62,421 nt of DNA, filler included, from 6 parts of 6 records of this genome joined end to end with filler, not necessarily neighbours in it; one strand, 5' to 3'. Shown: positions 52,007 to 61,600, counted from the whole stretch's first letter. The notes: generated by a model from the letters alone, not told the origin. Numbers and translations are program-made.

Positions 52007-52869
52007 CGGTTGAACTCCACTGGCTGTGAAAGTGTGGCGTTCAAGGCAGCGAGCGATTGCACAAACAGCGCGGCTGAAAGCAGGTCGGCGCTGCCACCCG
52101 GGCTTAACCAGTGCGCCTCGAACTCAGTGCACATGGCTGCTGCTTTCTGCCGCCAGTTTGTGGCAAACACCCCGCCTTCGGCGAGGAACAGATCAGCACG
52201 GCGTTGCGCCCACCGCAAACCTTTCAGGCCGCCACGGTGAGCCAGGTTGGTGTCTGGCAGTGTAGCCATGGTGCTCACCAAGGCATGCAGGCTGGCTTGT
52301 TCCGTGCTGGCACCTTCAGACAATGCCCCGTGCAACTGGGGCACGGTTGTGGCAAACAGCACCGGGAAACCTTGGGCAGCCTGTTCACGGGCACCGGGTA
52401 AGCCGAATGCATTTTTAACGTGCCTGCCGTGTGTGTGCAGCACACCTGGCTGCACACCTGCCAACAGAATATTCACGCCCCATTTTGCAGCCACCAGCCG
52501 CCCCGTGCGCACGGGTTCGAAGCAACCATATTCGCCATACTGCACACCAGCAGCACCGGCCAGCAGGCCCATCATGAAGATGGCGCCCTTGTGGGTGTTC
52601 ACGCCCTGCGTGGCGTTGAACATGGCTTTTTCTGCCACCACACCCAAACGCTGCAAGTCGCGGAATTCCTTGCCCTCAAAGCCCGCTTTGAAGCACGCAC
52701 CAAAATAGCCTTGCAGTGCATCAATACTGGTCTGGAACGTGGTGCAATTCATGTCGACGTGGCTGCCTTGTCGGCTGGGACAGACCAGCCCTGGCTTGTT
52801 GTCCAGCATTACTTCCTGACGCAGAGCATTGCAGGCCAATTCATCGATTTGCTGCATCAAGGGCTTCAT
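52003..52869 (-). CDS. mdcB: Triphosphoribosyl-dephospho-CoA synthase
   Basis: KPGLV, GVNTHKGAIF, DTNLAHRGG, SPGGSADLL. Confidence 0.93.
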   Translation of the reverse strand: MKPLMQQIDELACNALRQEVMLDNKPGLVCPSRQGSHVDMNCTTFQTSIDALQGYFGACFKAGFEGKEFRDLQRLGVVAEKAMFNATQGVNTHKGAIFMMGLLAGAAGVQYGEYGCFEPVRTGRLVAAKWGVNILLAGVQPGVLHTHGRHVKNAFGLPGAREQAAQGFPVLFATTVPQLHGALSEGASTEQASLHALVSTMATLPDTNLAHRGGLKGLRWAQRRADLFLAEGGVFATNWRQKAAAMCTEFEAHWLSPGGSADLLSAALFVQSLAALNATLSQPVEFNR

Positions 52870-53567
52870 GCCGCGCTCCGTTCAGCAAGCTGAAATGCAC
52901 TTTGATATTCATCAAGGTCGATCAGGCGCACCACCTGATTCGACTTGGCCAGCAATTGAAGGCGTTGCTGGCTTAACTCCAGCCAATGCACGGCATCGCC
53001 TGCGGGGTTTAATACCTCGCCATCCACCTTGAATTCGGGATGCGCCAAACGCAATTGATTCAAGCGAACACACAAGGCTTTGGCTGCTGCCCTGCTTGCA
53101 GGTTTGAACAACACGTCAAGATCCGAGTTCGCGGTGATGCACGGCAAGCCGGTAAGCACCTCCATGGCACTTGATCCATACACATGCGCGGGCACACCCA
53201 ATTCCTTCACGCTGGCCGCCAATTGCGCAGCACCTGCCTGCCATGCTTGCGGCACGCGATGAATGATGTCGCCCAGCAAAGGGCCGGACTGACACCGTTC
53301 GATGTCGTCCGTGTTCACCCAAAAGGCCAGGCGGCGCTTGCCCCACGATGCGGGTTCAGCCAGGCCCACGCGCAAGCAGCCCTGCGGCACATCGTTTTGC
53401 CGGGCCACAATCAAGGGGTAATTGCCCAGCACCCAGCGGTGCAACAGTGACAAGGCACGCATGGGCTCCATGGGAGTTGGCCCGGCGTATTCTGCGTGCT
53501 TGACGGCATTCAGCTTTAACCACACCAGGTCGTGGCGATTGAAGGTGTTCATCACCACGTCATGCAT
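52866..53567 (-). CDS. mdcG: Malonate decarboxylase holo-ACP synthase
   Basis: RHDLVW, VYGS, SDLDVL, VDGE; start placed at the ATG overlapping the mdcE end. Confidence 0.88.
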   Translation of the reverse strand: MHDVVMNTFNRHDLVWLKLNAVKHAEYAGPTPMEPMRALSLLHRWVLGNYPLIVARQNDVPQGCLRVGLAEPASWGKRRLAFWVNTDDIERCQSGPLLGDIIHRVPQAWQAGAAQLAASVKELGVPAHVYGSSAMEVLTGLPCITANSDLDVLFKPASRAAAKALCVRLNQLRLAHPEFKVDGEVLNPAGDAVHWLELSQQRLQLLAKSNQVVRLIDLDEYQSAFQLAERSAA

Positions 53568-53883
53568 GGCCCAGCACACGCTCAATGACCACGCCTGCTG
53601 CTTTTCTGCCTCCACGTTCAACGCCACGGGCGATGCGGGAATCTATCGCAATTTCTGCACGCGACTTTGCTTGCAATGCGGAAATTGAAGTCGCCAGTTG
53701 TGTGGCGTAATCGCCTTCCCACACTGCGTCCAGATGCCCCATGCGCAAGTAATTTTCCACCCCGGGCGAGAACACGGGCGACTGCTTGGCGAGTTCCTGC
53801 AACTGTTCCAGCGGAATTTTGGTGATGCGCGCCATGGCTGGCAAATTCATTACCTTGATTTCTGCATCGGCCAGTGCGTAGCA
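53560..53883 (-). CDS. mdcE: Malonate decarboxylase gamma subunit, C-terminal part (5' truncated)
   Basis: VMNLPAMARITK...PVFSPGVENY. Confidence 0.85.
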   Translation of the reverse strand, partial: CYALADAEIKVMNLPAMARITKIPLEQLQELAKQSPVFSPGVENYLRMGHLDAVWEGDYATQLATSISALQAKSRAEIAIDSRIARGVERGGRKAAGVVIERVLGHA

Positions 53884-53884
53884 G

Positions 53885-53984
53885 NNNNNNNNNNNNNNNN
53901 NNNNNNNNNNNNNNNNNNNNNNNNNNNNTTAATTAATTAANNNNNNNNNNNNNNNNNNNNNNNNNNNNNNNNNNNNNNNNNNNN
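53885..53984. other. Artificial contig spacer
   Basis: N-run, TTAATTAATTAA, N-run. Confidence 0.99.
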
Positions 53985-53985
53985 G

Positions 53986-54435
53986 AGCAATGTCCTGCCG
54001 GAACCTATCGGGACCGAGTATCAATATCTGATGGCGGCACGTCACGGTCGTGTGTTGCTGCTGGCCAGCCAGATCCCCAAGACCGACCCAAGAACCATCT
54101 TCGCAGCCGGTCGGTGCGGCGAAGACATCGACATGGACACCGCCTGCGAAAGCGCGCGCCTTGCCGCCGGGCAGGTCCTTGCGTGGCTAGAGGCCGAACG
54201 CCTGCCCGATGAGACCGTGGATCGCGTCCTGCGCTTGCAGGTCTATGTCGCGGTCGCGGAAGGAGGCTTTGACATTTCAAGCGTCGCCGATGCTGCATCG
54301 GAGACGATTATTGCAAGGCTCGGCCCATCTGGTCGCCACCCCAGAACAGTCCTTGGGGTCAGCCGTTTGCCGCGAAATGCCCCTGTCATGCTGGAGGCGA
54401 CAATCGCCATGAGCGCCGTTGCGGGGATTACCTAG
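53986..54435 (+). CDS. RidA/YjgF-family protein (5' truncated)
   Basis: SQIP, VADAASE, GRHPRTVLGVSRLPRNAPVMLE. Confidence 0.8.
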   Translation, partial: SNVLPEPIGTEYQYLMAARHGRVLLLASQIPKTDPRTIFAAGRCGEDIDMDTACESARLAAGQVLAWLEAERLPDETVDRVLRLQVYVAVAEGGFDISSVADAASETIIARLGPSGRHPRTVLGVSRLPRNAPVMLEATIAMSAVAGIT

Positions 54436-54692
54436 ACCCCTCCTTGGCGCTGTCTGTACAGGAACAGGCCCTTTGTTGGTCCCAATTCAGATGCTCTGAG
54501 GGCTCATCCGGGCCTCCCCTGTCCCTTCGAATCGCTGTCCGTGCACCACATAAGCGGCCCGACGTCGTCTGGCCCCCTTGATTCACCGATGGCCTTAGCG
54601 ACGCGCCTCTAGATTGCCTAGTGGGCGACAGAACTGTGTGCGCCCAACGCGATTGGGCAATAGCGCGTCCCCGACTTCTAAATATTATTTAA

Positions 54693-54708
54693 TTTACAAC
54701 AAGTTAAC
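54693..54708. promoter_or_regulatory. Near-consensus CtrA box
   Basis: TTTA-CAACAAG-TTAAC, one mismatch to TTAA-N7-TTAAC. Confidence 0.45.
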
Positions 54709-54823
54709 CAGAAATCCGCTCGGACAGAGCTTTGCAAGAACTGTACGGCCGCATGAGCTGATTGCCGCCTGACAGAAATCGACTGAGCGAGATCTTGCGC
54801 GCGCGCGCCCAATTCGTCGTGTG

Positions 54824-54839
54824 TTAAAGGCTCGTTAAC
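54824..54839. promoter_or_regulatory. Consensus CtrA binding site
   Basis: TTAA-AGGCTCG-TTAAC, exact match, about 50 bp upstream of a small ORF. Confidence 0.7.
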
Positions 54840-54887
54840 GGACCCGCGCCAGTTTGAAGAAAATGAATGCGGGAAGGTTGTGCAAAG

Positions 54888-55082
54888 ATGTCCGAAGAAC
54901 TCATCAATCGCGCCAGATTTGCAGCGGACCAATGCGAAGCCCAAGGGTTTCACGCTACGGCCCAATCGCTGCGTGTTCTGGCGCAGCAAATGCACGAGTG
55001 TACCTCTGCGGCCCTCCCAGAAACTGATGCCCAGCCGCAACACCCTGAGGCGCTAAAACCCCTATCCCCCGCAGGACGTTAA
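54888..55082 (+). CDS. Small hypothetical helical protein (64 aa)
   Basis: GGGAAGG RBS-like element; amphipathic helix pattern; CtrA box upstream. Confidence 0.55.
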   Translation: MSEELINRARFAADQCEAQGFHATAQSLRVLAQQMHECTSAALPETDAQPQHPEALKPLSPAGR

Positions 55083-55094
55083 TCTCTGGTTCAC
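55079..55094. promoter_or_regulatory. Near-consensus CtrA box
   Basis: TTAA-TCTCTGG-TTCAC, one mismatch, about 55 bp upstream of the second small ORF. Confidence 0.5.
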
Positions 55095-55150
55095 ACACTC
55101 GTCATAGCCATGGTTGCGGTCACTTTGTGAAAACAACCATGGAGGCTGAT

Positions 55151-55318
55151 ATGACGGGCCTGTATGATGAAATCATGCAATTGCTCCACGATACCCGCAT
55201 GTCCGTTGAGGGCGGTCTGCAAGAAAAGGTGTCTCAGGCCGTGCGCAATGTACGTCTGGCCGCCGAAGCCGAATTTCAGGCAAATCCGGCCCCCCAGGGG
55301 CACGGCATCCGCGCCTGA
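55151..55318 (+). CDS. Small hypothetical helical protein (55 aa)
   Basis: GGAGG RBS at 55141-55145, 5 nt before ATG; helical hairpin pattern. Confidence 0.65.
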   Translation: MTGLYDEIMQLLHDTRMSVEGGLQEKVSQAVRNVRLAAEAEFQANPAPQGHGIRA

Positions 55319-55342
55319 GGTTTCTCAACCTGAGACCAGACG

Positions 55343-56095
55343 TCAGATCATGACGTTGACCCCGGCATTCCGAAAGGCCGCGATCTGTTCTGTCGTTGCG
55401 GCCTTGTTCGTGACGAGGGTGCCAATCTCTCCGGGTTCCCAAGACCGGACACGGCTGGTTTCTCCCAACTTGCTTTGATCGGCCAAAATGATAGAGCGTG
55501 ACGATTGCGATGCCATGGCAATCGCGATTTCAGCCTCTTGCAGATCGTAGAAGAACGCACCTTTGACCGGGTGAACCGCCACAGGGGCGGAGAAACACAA
55601 ATCCACACTGAACCGACGGATCTCTGACAGAGTCAACTCTCCGACGGCGGCAGGCACATCGGCCAGCAACCTCCCCCCCAGTAACAGAACCTCTTTGCCA
55701 GCCCCCTGCAACGTGGTGGCCACGTCCAGCGAATTGGTGATTACCGACACGCCCGACAGTTTGGCCAGTTCACGCGCGAAAATCGCCGTGGTTGTGCCGG
55801 CATCGACAAGGATCGTCTGGCCCGGCTGGATCAGTCCGGCAGCCTTGCGTGCGATTTCTGACTTGGCGCGCAGCTGGACGGTCATACGCTGGCGAAACGG
55901 CTCTTCGGTGCGGGGCTCTGGCAGAACCGCGCCGCCGTGGACCCGGTTCACCTGCCCGGTTTTCTCAAGATCCAGCAGATCGCGTCGCACGGTCTCTCTG
56001 GAGACGCTTAGCATCTCTGCAAGGTCATTGGCGCTGACCTGTCGGCTGGCGGCCAGCATGGACAGAATCCGCTGGTGCCGCTCCTGCGCCCACAT
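55343..56095 (-). CDS. DeoR/GlpR-family transcriptional regulator
   Basis: VSRETVRRDL, RVHGGA, DAGTT, ITNS; TGATG overlap with the permease stop. Confidence 0.93.
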   Translation of the reverse strand: MWAQERHQRILSMLAASRQVSANDLAEMLSVSRETVRRDLLDLEKTGQVNRVHGGAVLPEPRTEEPFRQRMTVQLRAKSEIARKAAGLIQPGQTILVDAGTTTAIFARELAKLSGVSVITNSLDVATTLQGAGKEVLLLGGRLLADVPAAVGELTLSEIRRFSVDLCFSAPVAVHPVKGAFFYDLQEAEIAIAMASQSSRSIILADQSKLGETSRVRSWEPGEIGTLVTNKAATTEQIAAFRNAGVNVMI

Positions 56096-57780
56096 CAGGA
56101 CGCGCCCTTTGGTCCGCTCCGCCGCCCCATCAACAGCATCAGACCCTTCATGCTCAGGAGCGCCAGACAAACCACCGCCATGACACATGTGGAAAAGGCC
56201 GCCGCCTGTGAGGTCAACCCGGCATCGTCCAGCCGCATAATGGTCACGGCGGCGACGCTCAGCTTTGGCGTGGTCAGAAAGACGACTGCCGACAAAGTGA
56301 CCATCGACCGCATAAACAGGAAAAAGAACACGGCGACCAGCATGGGGGCAATGAACGGCGCGACGATATCAATGGCTGTTCGCCGCAACCCAGCGCCCAG
56401 ACTGCCAGCCGCTTCTTCCAACGCAGGGGGCAGTTGTCGAAAGCCGGTCATCAGCGTCAGAAAGCCCTGCGTGTGATAATGGTAAAAGTTGACGATCGCG
56501 ATCAGCGCAGCGGTGCCATAAAGCAGATACAGCGGCGTGGCGGTTGAGTTGAACGTCAGGATATAGGCAAGCCCCAAAACCATACCCGGCACGGCGGCGG
56601 GCATCGCGGCCAGCATCTGGATCGGTTGTGCCACACCACGCGGCAAGCGGCGCAATCCCAAACCCAGCAGAAACAGCGCCAGCGTGCCCCCCGCCGCCGC
56701 CATCAACGAGATGACAATGGTCATCCAGAGCGACGAATACCCACCGGCCAGCGTGATGTTGTAGTGCTTGGTCGACAGGGACATGTTGTAAGGCCACAGG
56801 GTGACAAAGCTGGCGTAGACCACGATGCCGATCACCGCGACGATGCCCGCGCAAATCAACAACGACAGCCCGGCCATGATCGTGTCGCGGAGTGGCGCAA
56901 AGCTGGGCCGATACGGAACCTGCCCGGCGTTGTGCCCGGTTCTCTGCCGCTTCATCGCCTGCCGTTCGATTGCATAAGAGATTACGGTGGGAAACAGCAA
57001 CATGATCCCAACAACAGCGCCCATGTTGAAATTCCTCTGTCCGACCACCTGCGAGTAGATCTCGGTCGCCAGTACGGAATAGTCACCGCCGATCACCGCC
57101 GCGTTGCCAAAATCGGTAATGGTGATGGTAAAGCAAACAAAGGCCGCATTCAGGATGCCAAAGCGGGCGGCAGGCAGGGTCAGGTCACGAAACTGGCGCG
57201 ACGGCGCGGCGCCCAGAACCTCTGCCGCCTCATAGACACGCGCGTCCAGCAGGACCAGCGCGGCCCCGATGATCATCACCGCCTGCGGCAAGGCATAGAG
57301 GGTGTTGGCAATCAACAATCCGGGAAAGCCGTAGATCTCTATCTCGACCCCAAGCGCCCGGCTGACCACGCCGTTGCGCCCCAGCAGAAAGATCAGGCCA
57401 AGCGCCTGCACCAATGAGGGCGCAAGCAGCGGCAGAATGATGATGCTGCGGATCAGCCACTTGCCCGGAAAGGCACAGCGGTGCAGGCCATGCGCAATGA
57501 TAAAGCCCAAAAAGACGCTGAGCGCCGTGGTGGCCCCGCCCATGAGCAGCGAGTGCCACGTCGCGCGCCAGAACCCGACAGAGCCCAGAACCTGCGTGTA
57601 GTTGCCCAAGCCATATCCGTCGTCGACGGTGACAGAGCGCAGGAACACGATGACCATGGGGTAGAGGAAAAACAAGGTCAGCCCCAGTAGGGGCAACCCA
57701 ACACAGACCAGAACAAGCAACCGATCGGCGTCAAACTGCGGGCGGCGCGCGGCGGCGGGCGCGGTTTTTGCGACGCTCAT
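56095..57780 (-). CDS. ABC permease with two TM modules, putative 2-aminoethylphosphonate transporter
   Basis: PLLAPSL, TDFG...IGG, two EAA loops; ATGA overlap with the ATPase. Confidence 0.8.
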   Translation of the reverse strand: MSVAKTAPAAARRPQFDADRLLVLVCVGLPLLGLTLFFLYPMVIVFLRSVTVDDGYGLGNYTQVLGSVGFWRATWHSLLMGGATTALSVFLGFIIAHGLHRCAFPGKWLIRSIIILPLLAPSLVQALGLIFLLGRNGVVSRALGVEIEIYGFPGLLIANTLYALPQAVMIIGAALVLLDARVYEAAEVLGAAPSRQFRDLTLPAARFGILNAAFVCFTITITDFGNAAVIGGDYSVLATEIYSQVVGQRNFNMGAVVGIMLLFPTVISYAIERQAMKRQRTGHNAGQVPYRPSFAPLRDTIMAGLSLLICAGIVAVIGIVVYASFVTLWPYNMSLSTKHYNITLAGGYSSLWMTIVISLMAAAGGTLALFLLGLGLRRLPRGVAQPIQMLAAMPAAVPGMVLGLAYILTFNSTATPLYLLYGTAALIAIVNFYHYHTQGFLTLMTGFRQLPPALEEAAGSLGAGLRRTAIDIVAPFIAPMLVAVFFFLFMRSMVTLSAVVFLTTPKLSVAAVTIMRLDDAGLTSQAAAFSTCVMAVVCLALLSMKGLMLLMGRRSGPKGAS

Positions 57781-58511
57781 GCTGGGGTCTCTGCGATGGG
57801 GCGGGCAACGATGTCGTCTGCCAGCCATGTGCAGGCCTCTGGCGCGATGGTCAGAGTGACGCGGTCGCCTTCCCGACAGGGGTTCGTGCCGTGGGTTTCA
57901 ACCACCAGCCGCCCGGCCTCGCTGTCGATTTCCAGCCGCCGGAGATTGCCCAGAAAGCTGATGCTGCGCACCGTTGCGGTGCCATCCTGCGTTGGAGCCA
58001 CACCGATCTGTTCGGGGCGAATGCAGGCAACAAGCCCGTCGCCGGTGTCACCTGGCTGCGTATCCAGCAGGTGCGGAAAGGCGCGTCGGATCGCGTCGGT
58101 GGTTAACATGTTGCTGATCCCCATGAACTCCGCAACGAACCGGGTCTTGGGGCGGTGATACAAATCCTCAGGGGTTCCGGCCTGCACCACGATCCCGTGG
58201 TTCATGCAGATGATCTTGTCCGCCAGAGCCAGCGCCTCTTCCTGATCGTGTGTGACCATCAATGTGGGGATACCAAGCGAGCGTTGGACATGGCGGATCT
58301 CTGCCCGCAGGTCGGCGCGCACCTTGGCGTCTAGCGCCGACAACGGCTCATCCAGCAACAGCACACGCGGATCGACGGCAATGGCTCGCGCCAAGGCGAT
58401 CCGCTGTTGCTGACCGCCTGACAACTGTCCCGGGAATTTGTCGGCCACCTGCGGCAGCTTGATCAAATCCAGCAGTTCGGTGACGCGACTGGCGATTTCG
58501 GGTTGCGGGAT
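57777..58511 (-). CDS. ABC ATP-binding protein (5' truncated), putative 2-aminoethylphosphonate transporter
   Basis: LSGGQQQRIALARA, LLDEPLSALDAKVR, VTHDQEEA, TOBE-like C-terminus. Confidence 0.85.
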   Translation of the reverse strand: MPQPEIASRVTELLDLIKLPQVADKFPGQLSGGQQQRIALARAIAVDPRVLLLDEPLSALDAKVRADLRAEIRHVQRSLGIPTLMVTHDQEEALALADKIICMNHGIVVQAGTPEDLYHRPKTRFVAEFMGISNMLTTDAIRRAFPHLLDTQPGDTGDGLVACIRPEQIGVAPTQDGTATVRSISFLGNLRRLEIDSEAGRLVVETHGTNPCREGDRVTLTIAPEACTWLADDIVARPIAETPA

Positions 58512-58611
58512 NNNNNNNNNNNNNNNNNNNNNNNNNNNNNNNNNNNNNNNNNNNNTTAATTAATTAANNNNNNNNNNNNNNNNNNNNNNNNNNNNNNNNN
58601 NNNNNNNNNNN
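58512..58611. other. Artificial contig spacer
   Basis: N-run, TTAATTAATTAA, N-run. Confidence 0.99.
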
Positions 58612-59550
58612 ACAGTTGGCTATAGTGTTACTCGATCAAAAGAAACTATAGGTACAAGTTTTTGTCTCGATGAAGGTGCCGATTTTGAATTCCACGAAAT
58701 TAAAAAGGCGGTGGAATGGTATTGTGATGAGAACGAATATAATAACGTAAAAAACAAATTTGAATCCAGATTAAGAGGATTTGCGGAGTATAATCGTGTG
58801 TCTCGAGCAGGTGCTGTATTTCTCTCTGGAGAAAGTACCTTGACTAAGAGAAATAATGATTTTAAAGCACTATTTTCGGGCACATATGACTCTTCAGACT
58901 GGATTGTTAACTCTTCCACCATGTTTTTAATTGCCCACTCCGCTGATCGCAACGCAGCACCCGGGGCCAATAGAACAGACATTGTGCAATTCATTAGCAA
59001 TATCCAAACGCAAGTTGACGCACCAAAAATGTATAAGTCTCACATTTTTCTAGCGGGAAACAGGCTTCACCCCACTTCTTGGATAGTTTCTAATAAAACA
59101 AAGGGCAAAAAAAATATTCCTTTTCGAGCTGTTCATTATCAAGATGTTGACGACGGCGGATCGGATGTTGATCCATGTTTTCTTATTTTTGAGAACCCAG
59201 AGGATCATATCTCTAAAAACGATGTTCTAGAAATTATGGCAATTCAACCGGTCCTTCCGGGCGCAACCATGGACGGTTTGGTAGGTGAAAATAAAGAGGA
59301 TTTCGTTGTAATGAATAATCGTCACAACGAGAGTATTGAATTGTTAATTGTTCTGAAATATCCTAGAGAAGTTGGTGAATTGGAGCCACAGCCTCGTGAA
59401 GGAAATTTAGTGGATTTTCGGAGTATGACGGAAGAGCAGCTCTTTGATTACACAAACAGGTACGATGCAGAGTTTAACGTTAAAGGCGTATGTTCTACGG
59501 AAAAGGTACGCACTGGAGATCGCTTAGCTATTGATTTTAAGGTCAAATAA
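58612..59550 (+). CDS. AT-rich orphan protein, C-terminal part (5' truncated)
   Basis: Frame open from the contig start for 312 codons in AT-rich DNA; no family recognised. Confidence 0.75.
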   Translation, partial: TVGYSVTRSKETIGTSFCLDEGADFEFHEIKKAVEWYCDENEYNNVKNKFESRLRGFAEYNRVSRAGAVFLSGESTLTKRNNDFKALFSGTYDSSDWIVNSSTMFLIAHSADRNAAPGANRTDIVQFISNIQTQVDAPKMYKSHIFLAGNRLHPTSWIVSNKTKGKKNIPFRAVHYQDVDDGGSDVDPCFLIFENPEDHISKNDVLEIMAIQPVLPGATMDGLVGENKEDFVVMNNRHNESIELLIVLKYPREVGELEPQPREGNLVDFRSMTEEQLFDYTNRYDAEFNVKGVCSTEKVRTGDRLAIDFKVK

Positions 59551-59603
59551 TGTTACATAAGGGCCAACGATTGTGGGGCTTAGACCCCAAGAAGGAGAGA
59601 AAA

Positions 59604-59636
59604 ATGACATTTGGTGTAGAAGGAACCGCTGTTTGA
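59604..59636 (+). CDS. Candidate 10-aa micropeptide MTFGVEGTAV
   Basis: AAGGAG Shine-Dalgarno at 59592-59597, 6 nt before ATG; lies before the terminator. Confidence 0.35.
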   Translation: MTFGVEGTAV

Positions 59637-59699
59637 TTACCAGGTTTTAATCTCAATCAGATACGAAGAATTTGGTAGTAAAGGGCTATTAACAACATT

Positions 59700-59732
59700 A
59701 AAGGCCTCATCCGAGATTGGATGAGGCCTTTT
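59700..59732 (+). terminator. Intrinsic (possibly bidirectional) terminator
   Basis: 13-bp stem AAAGGCCTCATCC / GGATGAGGCCTTT, 6-nt loop. Confidence 0.8.
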
Positions 59733-59768
59733 CAATTTTGCCGCAACCGCCGCCATATATATGTGAAG

Positions 59769-60737
59769 ATGACAAAACTCGATCGCACAATCAGCATTGC
59801 GCCGATGATGGACTGGACGGACCGGCATGACCGGTATTTCCTGCGCCTGATCAGCGCCCGCGCGCTGCTCTATACGGAGATGGTGACGACGGGGGCGATT
59901 ATTCACGGGGATGCAAAGCGATTCTTGCGCTTTGATCCGGCGGAGCAACCGCTCGCGCTGCAGCTCGGCGGGAGTGAGCCGGACGCCCTCGCAAAATGCG
60001 CTGAAATCGCAGAAGACTATGGCTATGGGGAAGTTAACCTCAATGTCGGCTGCCCCTCGGATCGGGTGCAGAACGGACGTTTCGGGGCCTGCCTGATGGG
60101 GGAGCCGGAGACGGTGGCGAGCTGCGTCGCGGCGATGCGCTCCGCGACCTCCCTCCCCGTCACGGTGAAGACCCGCATCGGCATCGATGATCTCGACAGC
60201 TATGATTATTTTAAAACCTTTATCGAGAAAGTCGCGGAGACGGGCGTCTCGACCTTTATCATCCATGCGCGCAAAGCCTGGCTGACGGGGCTCAGCCCCA
60301 AGGAAAACCGCACCATCCCGCCGCTCGACTATGATCGCGTCTATCAGTTGAAGAAGGACATGCCGGAGCTTGAGATTATCATCAATGGCGGGATCTCAAG
60401 CCATGAGGAGATTGACGCGCATCTTGAGCATGTCGATGGCGTGATGATCGGGCGCGAAGCCTATCAGAACCCGTATTTTCTTGCCGAGATCGACCGGCGC
60501 TATTACGGCGTCGATGACGACACGCCAGAGCGGCGCGAAGTGATTGAGCAGATGCTCCCCTATGTGAAGCGGGAGATGGCGGCGGGCGTGCCGCTCAACT
60601 CGATCACGCGCCATATGCTCGGGCTCTTTCAAGGCCGTCCCGGTGCCCGAGCCTGGCGCCGCCATATCTCTGAAAACGCCCATAAAAAGGGCGCCGAGAT
60701 CGACATCCTTACCGAGGCGGCCACCAAAACCCGCTAA
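59769..60737 (+). CDS. dusA: tRNA-dihydrouridine(20/20a) synthase DusA
   Basis: [40 protein letters not shown]. Confidence 0.96.
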   Translation: MTKLDRTISIAPMMDWTDRHDRYFLRLISARALLYTEMVTTGAIIHGDAKRFLRFDPAEQPLALQLGGSEPDALAKCAEIAEDYGYGEVNLNVGCPSDRVQNGRFGACLMGEPETVASCVAAMRSATSLPVTVKTRIGIDDLDSYDYFKTFIEKVAETGVSTFIIHARKAWLTGLSPKENRTIPPLDYDRVYQLKKDMPELEIIINGGISSHEEIDAHLEHVDGVMIGREAYQNPYFLAEIDRRYYGVDDDTPERREVIEQMLPYVKREMAAGVPLNSITRHMLGLFQGRPGARAWRRHISENAHKKGAEIDILTEAATKTR

Positions 60738-60850
60738 TGGCGGCGGCGCACACCGCCACATATTACGAAATCTTAATTTTTACGCTCCAAGATTGATCGG
60801 ATTGCAAGAATTCCGTTCACAAGGAGCCCGGTTTGTTCGTCATTTCCAAA

Positions 60851-61597
60851 ATGAAGCATCGCTCGCCCTGGCAACGCGAGAAAAAGCGGAAAGGCGGACT
60901 TGTGCAATTTGCAATGATCGGCGTTATCAGCCTGATCGCGGGCACGGCTATTGGCCTGATGCCGGATACATCCTCTCTCCATAGGCAATCATCCTTTTCC
61001 GGAGAGTTGAGCGGCCCCGCCCAAGTGGTCGATGGCGATACGATCCGACTGATGGGCGAGAGAATTCGGCTGAACGGGATCGATGCCCCGGAGATGGGTC
61101 AGAGCTGCTTTAACGATCAAACAGAAAGCTACGCCTGCGGCAGTGAGGCAAGCGCCTACCTTAAAGCCCTCGTCGGATCACAAACGCTTCGGTGTGAGGG
61201 CGAGGAAAGAGACAGATATGGTCGCCTGATTGCCACTTGCTACCTCAAGAACCGTGATCTCAACGCGGAAATGGTCCGCGCGGGCTGGGCTGTTGCCTAT
61301 CGCCGCTTTTCAACCAAATACACAGCGGATGAAACAGCGGCCAAAACCGCGGGCCTCGGTCTCTGGCAGGGAAGTTTCCGGATGCCCTGGACCTGGCGGA
61401 AGGATCAGAGCGTCGCCACACATGAGGGTAGCGACTGCAATATCAAAGGGAATATCAGCGAGAACGGCAAGATTTATCACGTCCCGGGCAGCCGTTGGTA
61501 CAGCGCAACGCGGATCAACGAGGCTAACGGGGAGCGCTGGTTCTGCTCCGAGCTTGAAGCGCTCGCCGCAGGTTGGCGCAGTCCCCGTTATGATTAG
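60851..61597 (+). CDS. Thermonuclease (SNase) family protein with C-terminal CxIKGNI...YH domain (ExoI-like)
   Basis: N-terminal TM; VDGDTI, RLNGIDAPE, DRYGR; CNIKGNIS...IYHVPG...WFCSE.EA.AAGWR. Confidence 0.88.
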   Translation: MKHRSPWQREKKRKGGLVQFAMIGVISLIAGTAIGLMPDTSSLHRQSSFSGELSGPAQVVDGDTIRLMGERIRLNGIDAPEMGQSCFNDQTESYACGSEASAYLKALVGSQTLRCEGEERDRYGRLIATCYLKNRDLNAEMVRAGWAVAYRRFSTKYTADETAAKTAGLGLWQGSFRMPWTWRKDQSVATHEGSDCNIKGNISENGKIYHVPGSRWYSATRINEANGERWFCSELEALAAGWRSPRYD

Positions 61598-61600
61598 CCG

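Noticed and set aside
59604..59678. Selenocysteine or TGA readthrough extending the micropeptide
   Set aside because: No convincing SECIS hairpin right after the TGA, and the extension stops after 13 codons
58612..59830. dusA-associated integrative element
   Set aside because: No tyrosine integrase is adjacent to the dusA 5' end and no duplicated att site is visible; only the compositional shift supports it
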